Source of the DNA: Deltaproteobacteria bacterium
GTDB taxonomy: Bacteria; Desulfobacterota; Syntrophia; Syntrophales; UBA8958
DNA length: 63,063 nucleotides
Assembly: GCA_029561465.1 (NCBI GenBank)
Contig: JAKQIZ010000022.1
Coordinates: 1-63,063 of the forward strand
Reading direction: 5' to 3'
Shown here: in pieces, positions 49,224 to 58,860 of the stretch
How the letters are laid out: each line of letters starts with the position of its first letter
Numbering within the stretch: the first letter of the stretch is position 1
The notes under the pieces: generated by a model
Told to the model about the DNA's origin: nothing
Database searches by the model: none
The model's input: only the letters and a program-made list of their open reading frames with translations
Translations under genes and position numbers: made by a program

Positions 49224-49528
49224 CAAAGGAGCTTCCTTGGCCGTTTTCCCCTTGCGCAGATAATTCCCTGCCCCGAGGCGCCGCCCCTTTCTCAAGGGCA
49301 AATTATCGGAATTCCGATAATTCCGATTTTTCCGATAAGGCATAACATATTGATATTTATTGGCAATAACGAAAGGCGAACCTTGCTCTCCCTCCTCCCG
49401 CGCCGCTAAGGGTCTAAACAGACCCTAAACGCCGGCAAACCAGGCGACGGACCGGCGGGGGGGGAAACCAGTGCGGGATGGTCCCCCATATACCGACCAT
49501 CAAGATCGATGAATTCGCAAAAAGTCAC
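49215..49528 (+). repeat. Left copy of the imperfect direct repeat bracketing the defence island
   Basis: TTTTACTGACAAAGGAGCTTCCTT (49215..49238) equals 59963..59986. The remainder aligns with 60188..60455. It includes the perfect 22-bp palindrome AATTATCGGAATTCCGATAATT at 49301..49322. Confidence 0.8.
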
Positions 49529-49588
49529 GATGTCGTCAAACATAAATGTATGGCAAAAACATGCAACTGTATGGTATAGGCATACGCT

Positions 49589-50179
49589 ATGAAGCTACTG
49601 GCTGAAATCTTATCATCAAAGATCAGAGCGGGCATCTTTCGCATTCTCTTCGGAGTCGCTCCCGATACTGAGCTCCACATGCGCGAGATTGAGCGACGCA
49701 CAGGGTTTGCCATCGGCACCGTGCAGAAGGAACTGAAAAAGCTTCAGCGGCTCGATATTATTACCAGGCTGCAAGATGGAAATCGAGTTTATTACCGAGC
49801 CAACACTTTGCATCCCCTTTACTCCGATATCCGTAACCTTGTTCTGAAGACAAGCGGCTTGGCGGATGTGATAAAAGAGGCTTTAACCAATGACAAAGGC
49901 ATCAGAATAGCCTTTGTATTCGGATCGCTTGCCAGGCAAGAAGACAAAGCTGCCAGTGACGTGGATCTCATGGTCATAGGCAGTATCGGCCTGAGAAGAT
50001 TAACCGGCCTTTTGATGGATGTAGCCGGTAAGATCGGTCGTGAAATCAATCCCCATGCTCTTACGGAGAAGGAATTCGCAAAGCGGAAAGCGGATCAGGA
50101 CCATTTCCTTAACCAGGTTCTGGAATCACCAAAGATCTTCATAATCGGCGATGAAAATGAGCTTGCAAAAATGGGTTGA
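49589..50179 (+). CDS. wHTH + nucleotidyltransferase (MNT/MntA-like) protein, putative antitoxin
   Basis: N-terminal ArsR-like wHTH (RILFGVAPDTELHMREIERRTGFAIGTVQKELKKLQRLDII) and NTase motif FVFGSLARQEDKAASDVDLMVIG. Confidence 0.75.
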   Translation: MKLLAEILSSKIRAGIFRILFGVAPDTELHMREIERRTGFAIGTVQKELKKLQRLDIITRLQDGNRVYYRANTLHPLYSDIRNLVLKTSGLADVIKEALTNDKGIRIAFVFGSLARQEDKAASDVDLMVIGSIGLRRLTGLLMDVAGKIGREINPHALTEKEFAKRKADQDHFLNQVLESPKIFIIGDENELAKMG

Positions 50180-50594
50180 ATACGGCTGGCTGCGCTCTCA
50201 TAAGTCCAGCAACAAAGAAATCGCCGATCTTCTCCGGATCATTGACCGCGATCTGCAGGATGCTGCGGGAGAAATTTCCTCCGACTGGCGGTTTGGAATT
50301 GCTTACAATGCCGCCTTAAAACTTTGCACCATTTTGCTTTATGCGGAAGGCTATCGGCCTGAAAAGAACCTGCAACACTACCGTACCATTCAATCCTTAC
50401 CCGTGATCTTGGGGAAAAAACATGAGCAAGATGCCAAATATTTGGACACCTGCCGCAGTAAAAGAAATGTGGCGGAGTATGATTATGTCGGGGGTGTCAC
50501 CGAAGAAGATGTATCGGAACTCATCGGATATGTGAATGAACTGCGGGGCGAGGTCTTGCGCTGGTTGAATGACCGCCATCCAGAAATGTTATAA
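50151..50594 (+). CDS. HEPN-like protein, putative toxin partner of the nucleotidyltransferase
   Basis: 147-aa helical protein that overlaps the NTase gene by 29 nt. It has a possible R-x6-H (RPEKNLQH) and KRNVAEYD. The assignment rests mainly on the pairing and size. Confidence 0.5.
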   Translation: MKMSLQKWVEYGWLRSHKSSNKEIADLLRIIDRDLQDAAGEISSDWRFGIAYNAALKLCTILLYAEGYRPEKNLQHYRTIQSLPVILGKKHEQDAKYLDTCRSKRNVAEYDYVGGVTEEDVSELIGYVNELRGEVLRWLNDRHPEML

Positions 50595-50615
50595 GTTTAC
50601 CAATAAGAGGTAAAA

Positions 50616-53600
50616 ATGGACCACATAAAGAAATTTCAGGAACTTCTCAAAGAACTTTTTCAATTCGATGCCGCGGATCTGGACTTCGGCATCTACCGCA
50701 TCATGAATTACAAACGCGGCGTAATCGAACGCTTCATCCAGAAAGATTTGCCTAGGTCCATATCCAAAGAACTGGCGCAGGGTGCGCTGGCGGGGCAGAC
50801 ACAAGCAGCCAAAGAGCTGGAAGCCGCCAAAAAGAAGGTGTTGGAGATATTTGACGACGCCATTGACGCGGCTGGCACTTTGATAAAGTACCACGACACG
50901 AAGCCCGGCAAAGAGTATATGGCCGCTCTCGAAAAAGCAAAATCCGCCAAAGGCCAAGAGGCGCTTGAAGCTGCCATCTACAATCACCTGTATGCCTTTT
51001 TCGGTCGTTACTGGCAGGACGGCGACTTTATCTCGAAGCGCAGGTACTCCAAACGCGAACGCTACGCCATCCCCTACAACGGCGAGGAAGTGACGCTTTA
51101 CTGGGCCAACCACGACCAGTACTATATCAAGACTGGCGAGTACTTTACCGACTACACCTGGAAAGCAACGAACGGCGTGACCGTGCATTTCACGCTGATC
51201 GCCGCCGATGTCGAGCAGAACAATGTGAAGGGCGATAAGCGCTTCTTTCTGCCGCAGCCGGATGAGCTTGTATGGGACGAATCCGGAAAGATCCTGACCA
51301 TTCCCTTTGAATTCCGCCCGCTCAATGGACAGGAAGCTATCGCCTACAGCGGAAAGAACCAACAGGAAGCGATCATCGCCAAGGCCGTGGAAATTATTCC
51401 CAAGCAGCGCATTGTGAAAACCGCGCCATTGGCCTTGGCTGCTCTGGAAGCCGAAAAGCGCCGCACCGGGGACGGCGAAAGCGTCACCCATCTGGAGCAT
51501 CACCTGCGCCAGTACACCCGGCGTAACACCAGCGACTTTTTCATCCACAAAAACCTGAAAGGATTTCTCTCTCGCGAGCTGGACTTTTACCTGAAGAACG
51601 AGGTGATCAACCTGGAGGAGATGGAAGCCGCCGGTGTTGGGCTGTCCGAGGGTTGGTTCCAGACGATGCGGCTCATCAAGAAGGTGGGCGGCCACATCAT
51701 CGAGTTTCTGGCGCAGATCGAAGCGTTCCAGAAGATGCTCTGGGAAAAGCGCAAATTCATCACCGAGACCTTTTACTGCATCACCGTGGGCCACATCCCG
51801 GAAGAGTTTTACCCCGAGATTGCCGCCTGTGAGGCGCAGTGGGAGGAGTGGAAAACACTGTTTTCTATTGATGAAGGGAAAGGCGGCAAGAGCAGGACAG
51901 ACCGGCGCATGGAGTTTTTAAAAGCCCACCCCACGCTGGTGCTGGACACGCGCCGCTTTTCGCCGGACTGTACCGAATTCCTGCTGGCAAGTTTTGACGA
52001 CCTGGACGAAACCACCGACGGCCTGCTGGTGCACGGCGATAACTGGCAGGCGCTGAACCTGCTAACGGAGAAGTATCGGGACCAGGTTCAGTGTATTCAC
52101 ATTGACCCACCGTACAACACACAAACCAGCGGCTTTCTATACAAGAATGATTACCGGCATTCAAGTTGGCTGGCAATGATGGAAAACAGGATAAAGCTTG
52201 GCATCGCGCTAATGTCGTCAGATGGATCGTACTTGTGCCATATCGATGAGAACGAATACGAACGACTTCATTTCTTATTCGGTCTGTTTCTTGTACCAGA
52301 TGCGGGAACCATTTCCTGGGATAAGCGAAATCCCATGAATGCGGGTAGAGGTGTGGCAACACAGCATGAATACATTATCTGGCGTTCCAGACAACAGACG
52401 CCAATCTATCTCCGTAACAAAAACATAATGTCGATGCTCACTGTGGCTGCACAAATGGTCGACAAATACGGCAAGGGCACGGAAGAAGCGCAAAAGCATT
52501 ATGCGGCATGGGTAAGTGCCAACAAAAAACTCAGTGGAGGAGAGAAAGCCTATCGTTATCTGGATGACGAAGGCCTTGTATATCAAAGTGTTAGTTTGAG
52601 AGCACCGGAACCCCGAACAGACTCGAAATTTCATATTCCTCTTATTCATCCGGTGACAAAGAAGCCCTGCCCGGTACCTCCCAATGGTTTTTCGCGCACC
52701 CCTGACACATTGAAAGATATGATGGATAAAGGCGAGATCATTTTCGGGACTGATGAAAGCACGCAACCACGTCAAAAAGTGTTATTGACAGAGGCATCGA
52801 AGCGGCAAATATCATCCGTGATTCAGGATGCTAGAAAAGGCAAGGCGGATTTGTCGCCACTTGGATTGGATTTTCCCTATTGCCACCCTGTATCGCTATA
52901 CGAGGAGCTGGTCGGCGCGGCGGCGCAATCACAGGGAGGAATCGTCCTCGACTTCTTTGCCGGTTCCGGCACGTCTGGCCATGCAACCATCAACCTCAAC
53001 CGTGAGGATGGCGGGCGGCGCAAGTTTATCCTGGCGGAAATGGCGCATTATTTTGATACAGTGCTCCTGCCGCGTATCAAGAAGGTCACCTTCTCGCCGG
53101 AGTGGAAAGACGACAAGCCCAAGCGCATGGCCACCCCCGAGGAAACCGAGCGCAGCCCACGCATTGTCAAGGTCATCCGACTGGAGTCATACGAAGACGC
53201 GCTGAACAATATTGCTTTCGAAGATCCTTCCGGCCAGCAGGCCATGCAGTTTGAAGACTACCTGCTCCAGTACATGCTCCAGTGGGAAACGCGCAAGAGC
53301 GAAACCCTGCTCAACGTGGAGAAGCTCGCCAAGCCCTTCTCCTATCAACTGCACATCCATCGCGACGGCACGACGCTCGCACAGGCTGTGGACCTGCCCG
53401 AAACCTTCGCGTATCTCCTGGGCCTGTATGTCCAGAAGCGACAAGCTCTCAACGACAGCGACCGGCGCTACCTCGTCTATCGCGGCGCCACCCGCGAAGG
53501 ACGTAAGGTGGCCTTCATCTGGCGCGAGACCGAGGGCTGGAAGGAGAAAGACTACAAGCGGGATAAGGAGTTCGTGGCAGCGCAGAAACTGACCGAGGGC

Positions 53601-53699
53601 ATGGACGAAGTGTACGTCAATGGCGATTCGTACATCCCCGGCGCGCGGGCGCTGGAGCCGCTCTTCAAGGCGCGTATGTTCGCGGAAGTGGAGGCGTAG
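50616..53699 (+). CDS. Large beta-class N6-adenine/N4-cytosine DNA methyltransferase (type III Mod-like) with a ~490-aa N-terminal extension
   Basis: Motif IV IHIDPPYNT at aa ~497 precedes motif I DFFAGSGTSGHA at aa ~779 (order IV then I, with a ~280-aa putative target-recognition region between). The N-terminus MDHIKKFQELLKELFQFDAADLDFGIYRIMNYKRG has no methyltransferase motifs. Confidence 0.85.
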   Translation: MDHIKKFQELLKELFQFDAADLDFGIYRIMNYKRGVIERFIQKDLPRSISKELAQGALAGQTQAAKELEAAKKKVLEIFDDAIDAAGTLIKYHDTKPGKEYMAALEKAKSAKGQEALEAAIYNHLYAFFGRYWQDGDFISKRRYSKRERYAIPYNGEEVTLYWANHDQYYIKTGEYFTDYTWKATNGVTVHFTLIAADVEQNNVKGDKRFFLPQPDELVWDESGKILTIPFEFRPLNGQEAIAYSGKNQQEAIIAKAVEIIPKQRIVKTAPLALAALEAEKRRTGDGESVTHLEHHLRQYTRRNTSDFFIHKNLKGFLSRELDFYLKNEVINLEEMEAAGVGLSEGWFQTMRLIKKVGGHIIEFLAQIEAFQKMLWEKRKFITETFYCITVGHIPEEFYPEIAACEAQWEEWKTLFSIDEGKGGKSRTDRRMEFLKAHPTLVLDTRRFSPDCTEFLLASFDDLDETTDGLLVHGDNWQALNLLTEKYRDQVQCIHIDPPYNTQTSGFLYKNDYRHSSWLAMMENRIKLGIALMSSDGSYLCHIDENEYERLHFLFGLFLVPDAGTISWDKRNPMNAGRGVATQHEYIIWRSRQQTPIYLRNKNIMSMLTVAAQMVDKYGKGTEEAQKHYAAWVSANKKLSGGEKAYRYLDDEGLVYQSVSLRAPEPRTDSKFHIPLIHPVTKKPCPVPPNGFSRTPDTLKDMMDKGEIIFGTDESTQPRQKVLLTEASKRQISSVIQDARKGKADLSPLGLDFPYCHPVSLYEELVGAAAQSQGGIVLDFFAGSGTSGHATINLNREDGGRRKFILAEMAHYFDTVLLPRIKKVTFSPEWKDDKPKRMATPEETERSPRIVKVIRLESYEDALNNIAFEDPSGQQAMQFEDYLLQYMLQWETRKSETLLNVEKLAKPFSYQLHIHRDGTTLAQAVDLPETFAYLLGLYVQKRQALNDSDRRYLVYRGATREGRKVAFIWRETEGWKEKDYKRDKEFVAAQKLTEGMDEVYVNGDSYIPGARALEPLFKARMFAEVEA

Positions 53700-53702
53700 C
53701 CC

Positions 53703-56700
53703 ATGCCTCTCGCAAGACAGAAACCCGCGCCAACCACAAACGACGCTGCCGACCTGGCCCAGTATGTCAAACTGGAAAACCGCCTTGTCCTACTGGCCTG
53801 GATCAACAGCCTTTTTGGCTACAAGCGCAATAAAGACCTGCTTGCCGATACAAAAGGCGCCGCCGAAGGTTTCGACGCTTCGGGGCGGAGTTTCCTTTAT
53901 CACCATTTGATCGGCCGCGGCAGTGAGGTCAAAATTCCCGTCGAGGACCTTGAGCGCTATGACGAAAACATCCGCGCTCACCTCGCGGCCATCAACCGCA
54001 GCCGCACCGAGCCGATTACCCTACGCTATTTTCAGTATCTGGCCGCGCTTTACACGGAAATTGTCCTGGACCGCTATTTCAATCGTCGCTCCCAAATACT
54101 GGCCGACCTGAATGCCTTTGTGCGCGAACGCAACACCACAAAAGCGCCGGGCGAGCCGCCCGACGAGGTGTTTGCCGAATCCGATCTGACCAAACTGGCC
54201 TACTGGATGGCCACCGGCAGCGGCAAGACACTGATCCTGCATCTCAACTACCACCAGTTTCTGCACTATAACACCGAACCACTGGACAACATCCTGCTCA
54301 TCACGCCACCTGGCGATGCTTTGAGCGAGCAACATCTAACCGAATTGGCCGCTTCCGGCATACCGGCCAGGCGCTTTGACCTGAATCACAGCGGTCTGTT
54401 TACGGGCGGCAAAAATGCCGTGCAGGTCATCGAAATCAGCAAACTGGTGGAGGAAAAGCGCGGAGGCGGGGTGAGCGTGCCGGTGGAAGCCTTTGAGGGC
54501 CGCAATCTGATCTTTGTGGACGAGGGTCACAAAGGATCCGGCGGCGAGGTCTGGCGCAGGTACCGCGACGCTCTGGGCGCGACCGGCTTCACCTTTGAGT
54601 ACAGCGCCACCTTCGGACAGGCATTAAGCGCCGTACGCAACGACCCGCTCACCGCGGAATATGGCAAGGCCATCGTTTTCGATTACTCCTACCGCTACTT
54701 TTACGGTGACGGGTACGGCAAGGAATTTCGCATTCTCAACCTGAAGGAAGACAGTCGTGAGGAGCAAACCGAAATGCTCCTGTTGGGCAATCTGCTTTCG
54801 TTCTACGAGCAGCAGCGAATATTTCAGGAACAGGCCGACGCCTTACGCCCCTATAACCTGGAAAAGCCATTATGGGTGTTCGTGGGCAGTACGGTAAACG
54901 CCGTTTACAGCGAAAATAAGGAGAAACGCAGCGACGTTTTGACCGTGGCGCGTTTTCTACACCACGTGCTGGAAAACAAGCGCGGCTGGGCGGTGAAAGG
55001 CATTGATAAACTGCTCAAGGGCAAGAGCGGACTGGCCACGCCTGACGGCATGGACATCTTTGCCGGGCGCTTTGAGGCCCTGCGCGAAACCGGCCTTGCT
55101 TCCCAAGTCCTGTTCACGGATATTCTTGCACGGCTTTTTCAATCGCCGGGAGGCGGCGGCCTGCACCTGTGCGACATCCGCGGTAATACGGGCGAACTGG
55201 GATTGAAGGCTGCCGGCGCTGAAGATTATTTCGGCCTCATCTACATCGGCGATACGTCCGAGTTCAAAAAACTGGTGGAAAGCGATAAAGCGGGTATTGT
55301 CCTGGAGGAGGACGTTATTGCCGGTTCTTTGTTTACGGACATCAACCGGCCTGATTCACGGGTCAATATCCTGATCGGCGCGAAGAAATTCATGGAGGGC
55401 TGGAATTCGTGGCGCGTTTCCAACATGGGCTTGCTTAATATCGGCAAGAAGGAAGGATCACAGATCATTCAACTCTTTGGCCGCGGTGTGCGACTGCGCG
55501 GCAAAGGCCGCTCGCTCAAGCGCAGTGCGGCGATAGAAGGAACGCATCCACCGCGCGTGCGTTCGCTGGAAACACTGAACATATTTGCCGTGCGCGCCAA
55601 CTACATGGCGCAGTTCCGTGACTACCTGGAACGCGAAGGGGTGGAGACTGAGGAAATGATTCCTCTTCCGCTTTTTATTTGGGCCAATGAGCAGTTTCTG
55701 AAACGGGGGCTGGTCGTGCCGCGACCGGAAGAGGGACGCAATTTTGCGAAAGAGACCGATCTTCTGCTTGAAGCTGATCCGGGCGTAAGAGTGGCCGTGG
55801 ATATGTCGATCAAGGTGCAGGCCATGGAAAGCAGTGCCGTGGGGATACAGACGGCGGAGGTCCACGCCGGCGCCGGGCGAACCATTCCACCCGAAAGCCT
55901 CGCGTTGGTGGACTGGGAGCGGGCCTATCTCGATTTGCTGGCGTACAAAGAACGTAAAGGATTGAAAAACTATGTGATTCGCCCTGAGGCGCCGAGAATA
56001 ATTATTGAAAAGGTGAACTACACCTTGACGGCGGATGAATCCGTCGTCAAGCCACGCTCGTTTTCCGAACGCGCCTTGCTTCAGGAAGCCGTAACCCGCA
56101 TTTTGCGTAAATATGCGGATAACTTCTACCGAAACAGGCGCGAGAAGTGGGAAAGTCGGAATTTGGTGTACAAAACTCTCGACAAAAGCGATCCGAACCT
56201 AACCTTCAACCGCGACGTGGTACGCGAGCACTCAGAGGGAACCTACGTTGTCAAAGTGCGGAAGTCCGATAAGGAACTGATCGCAGCCATAGAAAAACTC
56301 GGCGAAAATGTGGACATCCTGCGCAAGCAGGAAACTAATGAACTGCCGCGCATCTATTTTGACCGGCACCTGTATCTACCGCTCCTGTTTGAAAAAAACG
56401 AAAATGTTCACACTGTCCCGCCGGGGCTGAAAAAGAGTGAAGCGCAATTTGTGCGAGATTTAAAGACCTACTGGACGGCAGAAAAGGATAAATCACTGGC
56501 GGGGAAAGAGGTGTTTCTGCTTCGCAACCTGAGCCGCGGCAGTGGTGTGGGCTTCTTTGAAGAGAGCGGATTTTATCCCGACTTTATCCTGTGGGTGGTC
56601 GATGGCAAAAAAAGCCAGCGGATTGTCTTTATAGAACCACACGGGATGGTTCATGCCAAAGCCTACATTCATGATGAAAAAGCGCGACTTCACGAACGAC

Positions 56701-56915
56701 TTCCGGAGCTGGCAAGGGAAATGGGGCAGCGAAGCAAGAAAAAAAATGTTTCGCTTGATTCGTTCATCATCTCCGCCACGCCGTACGACGATTTGTATAA
56801 ACGTTACGACGACGGCACCTGGGGCAAGGAAAAATTTGCTGAGAAGCATATTTTGTTTCAGGAACAGAAAGAAGACTACGATTATTTACAAATTCTTTTT
56901 ATGTCTATGAAATGA
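53703..56915 (+). CDS. SF2 helicase-nuclease (type III restriction Res-like), 1070 aa
   Basis: Walker A YWMATGSGKTL (aa ~169), DEGH box IFVDEGHKGS (aa ~273), SATF, motif VI QLFGRGVRLRG, and a C-terminal PD..ExH/K-like element GFYPDFILWV..IVFIEPHGM (aa ~958-980). It starts 4 nt after the methyltransferase stop. Confidence 0.8.
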   Translation: MPLARQKPAPTTNDAADLAQYVKLENRLVLLAWINSLFGYKRNKDLLADTKGAAEGFDASGRSFLYHHLIGRGSEVKIPVEDLERYDENIRAHLAAINRSRTEPITLRYFQYLAALYTEIVLDRYFNRRSQILADLNAFVRERNTTKAPGEPPDEVFAESDLTKLAYWMATGSGKTLILHLNYHQFLHYNTEPLDNILLITPPGDALSEQHLTELAASGIPARRFDLNHSGLFTGGKNAVQVIEISKLVEEKRGGGVSVPVEAFEGRNLIFVDEGHKGSGGEVWRRYRDALGATGFTFEYSATFGQALSAVRNDPLTAEYGKAIVFDYSYRYFYGDGYGKEFRILNLKEDSREEQTEMLLLGNLLSFYEQQRIFQEQADALRPYNLEKPLWVFVGSTVNAVYSENKEKRSDVLTVARFLHHVLENKRGWAVKGIDKLLKGKSGLATPDGMDIFAGRFEALRETGLASQVLFTDILARLFQSPGGGGLHLCDIRGNTGELGLKAAGAEDYFGLIYIGDTSEFKKLVESDKAGIVLEEDVIAGSLFTDINRPDSRVNILIGAKKFMEGWNSWRVSNMGLLNIGKKEGSQIIQLFGRGVRLRGKGRSLKRSAAIEGTHPPRVRSLETLNIFAVRANYMAQFRDYLEREGVETEEMIPLPLFIWANEQFLKRGLVVPRPEEGRNFAKETDLLLEADPGVRVAVDMSIKVQAMESSAVGIQTAEVHAGAGRTIPPESLALVDWERAYLDLLAYKERKGLKNYVIRPEAPRIIIEKVNYTLTADESVVKPRSFSERALLQEAVTRILRKYADNFYRNRREKWESRNLVYKTLDKSDPNLTFNRDVVREHSEGTYVVKVRKSDKELIAAIEKLGENVDILRKQETNELPRIYFDRHLYLPLLFEKNENVHTVPPGLKKSEAQFVRDLKTYWTAEKDKSLAGKEVFLLRNLSRGSGVGFFEESGFYPDFILWVVDGKKSQRIVFIEPHGMVHAKAYIHDEKARLHERLPELAREMGQRSKKKNVSLDSFIISATPYDDLYKRYDDGTWGKEKFAEKHILFQEQKEDYDYLQILFMSMK

Positions 56916-57146
56916 TTTTGGTTCTGAAATAGGGAAACCGGTTCTCAACATGAACAGGTAAAGAAACTACCCATTGCGTTTCAAAGCGTCATCTCAACCC
57001 ATAACGACTCGTCGCAGGGATAGAATTACCAGTAAATAATGATAAATGCAGGTAATTTTATCCCCATCATACAGGGCGGCCTCCAGAATTGTGGGTACAT
57101 TGTTTTTGAAGAGACAGAGATACTTTGGTACATGTTTCACTCGACG

Positions 57147-57169
57147 AAAGTAACGAAATATGTTACTTT
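57147..57169 (+). promoter_or_regulatory. Inverted repeat, candidate AbiEi operator
   Basis: AAAGTAAC-GAAATAT-GTTACTTT, located 32 nt upstream of the AbiEi ATG. Confidence 0.4.
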
Positions 57170-57200
57170 GCCGCAGTAGTTCGTTTGACCGAGGAACCAT

Positions 57201-57983
57201 ATGCTTGCCAGTCAATTCATTACGGACCTGATCTCACGGGGACGCTATTGCTTTGCCACCAAAGAAGCGGTTCAGGTTTTGGGCACCGGCATGATCGCCG
57301 CCCGTGCAGCGCTCCGCCGTCTGCGGCAGAAGGGCGAACTTGCCTCACCTTGCAAGGGATTTTTCATCATTGTCCCTCCGGAGTATAGGTCTGCCGGTTG
57401 CCTTCCCGCCGATCATTTCATTCCCTCTTTGATGGAGCATCTGCACGAAGGGTACTATGCCGGCCTGCTCAGTGCGGCTGAGTATCATGGGGCGGCGCAC
57501 CAGCGCCCCCAGGTATTTCAGGTCGTCGTGGCACGGAACAAACCCGAAATCGTCTGTGGCAAAGTCCGGATACGATTTATCGCCAGAAAGAATATGGAAA
57601 AAATACCGACGTTAGATTTCAAGACCCCACGGGGCTATGTGAAAATATCCACGCCGGCGGCAACGGCCTTTGACCTAGTCGGTTACTTTCATCATGCGGC
57701 AGGGTTGGATAATGTGGCTACCATCTTGGCGGAACTCGCCGAGCGTATTGACGCCAAAGAGCTGGTCGCCATAGCGGCGCTTTCTCCCATCGCCTGGGCG
57801 CAACGACTCGGTTATCTGCTCGATCTGGTGGGTGCTGAAGATATGACCGGGGATTTGGCGGACTATATCTCCCTCAAGAAACCGGTGCCCGCACCCCTTG
57901 TGCCGTCCAAACCGTTCAGGGGGATCGACCAGTCGAAGCGGTGGCGGCTCCTGGTCAATGCCAGGGTGGAGGCGGAGGTTTGA
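57201..57983 (+). CDS. Type IV toxin-antitoxin system, AbiEi-family antitoxin
   Basis: N-terminal wHTH (GRYCFATKEAVQVLGTGMIAARAALRRLRQKGELASPCKGFFIIVP) with the typical AbiEi C-terminal domain. It is paired with a DUF1814 nucleotidyltransferase. Confidence 0.75.
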   Translation: MLASQFITDLISRGRYCFATKEAVQVLGTGMIAARAALRRLRQKGELASPCKGFFIIVPPEYRSAGCLPADHFIPSLMEHLHEGYYAGLLSAAEYHGAAHQRPQVFQVVVARNKPEIVCGKVRIRFIARKNMEKIPTLDFKTPRGYVKISTPAATAFDLVGYFHHAAGLDNVATILAELAERIDAKELVAIAALSPIAWAQRLGYLLDLVGAEDMTGDLADYISLKKPVPAPLVPSKPFRGIDQSKRWRLLVNARVEAEV

Positions 57984-58792
57984 TTCCCCTGGATTTCATC
58001 TCCGAATGGAAGTGGAATGTCCACTGGCCAAAGAATGACCAGGTGGAGCAGGATCTGATCATCTGTCGGGCGCTGGTGGAGATATTCAACCATTCACTGC
58101 TTGCTGAAAATCTCGCTTTCCGCGGAGGGACGGCGCTTTTCAAGCTTTACCTGCCGCCGATGCGCTATTCCGAAGACATCGACCTTGTCCAGGTGCGCCC
58201 CGGCCCCATTGGCCCCGTCATGGATGCCCTGCAAGAGAAGCTCAATTCATGGCTGGGAAAACCCCGGCGAAAGCAATCGGAAGGCAGGAACACTCTAACC
58301 TACCGGATGGAATCGGAAGAAGGGACGCCGCTTAGGCTGAAAATAGAAATCAATTCACGCGAGCACTTTACTGTCTTTGGATACGATACGTTTAAACTTG
58401 ATGTTCAATCCCGCTGGTTCTCTGGAAGCGCATCCATTTTGACCTATCAACTGGATGAATTGTTGGGCACCAAGGTTCGGGCGCTGTATCAACGGAGTAA
58501 GGGCCGAGATCTGTTTGATTTGTGGTTCGCGTTCACCAGTGCGCCTGTCCAACCGGAAAGGGTGGTCCGCTGTTTTCTGCAATACATGGCGCATGAGGGT
58601 CATAGGGTATCCCGGGCGGAGCTTGAGAAGAACCTTTCTGAGAAACTCAAGGATTCTAAATTTGTTGGAGATACCGGGCCTCTGTTGATTGCTGACAGTG
58701 GTTTTGATTATAAGGCAGCGGCAACACTGTTAATGAATCAACTACTGCCCCTGATTCCGGGCGAACCATGGCAAGGCAGTGCCCAGGAATAA
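57980..58792 (+). CDS. AbiEii/AbiGii-family nucleotidyltransferase toxin (DUF1814)
   Basis: VEQDLIICRALVEIFNHSLLAENLAFRGGTALFKLYLPPMRYSEDIDL.. Proposed TTG start at 57980 follows GGAGGCGGAGG and overlaps the AbiEi stop. The track's ATG at 57941 lies inside abiEi. Confidence 0.75.
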   Translation: MIPLDFISEWKWNVHWPKNDQVEQDLIICRALVEIFNHSLLAENLAFRGGTALFKLYLPPMRYSEDIDLVQVRPGPIGPVMDALQEKLNSWLGKPRRKQSEGRNTLTYRMESEEGTPLRLKIEINSREHFTVFGYDTFKLDVQSRWFSGSASILTYQLDELLGTKVRALYQRSKGRDLFDLWFAFTSAPVQPERVVRCFLQYMAHEGHRVSRAELEKNLSEKLKDSKFVGDTGPLLIADSGFDYKAAATLLMNQLLPLIPGEPWQGSAQE

Positions 58793-58860
58793 GCTTCAGG
58801 TGATTGCAAGGTGTGGAGGAGATATGACCGGGACTATACCGATATTGTGGAAGACATAGC

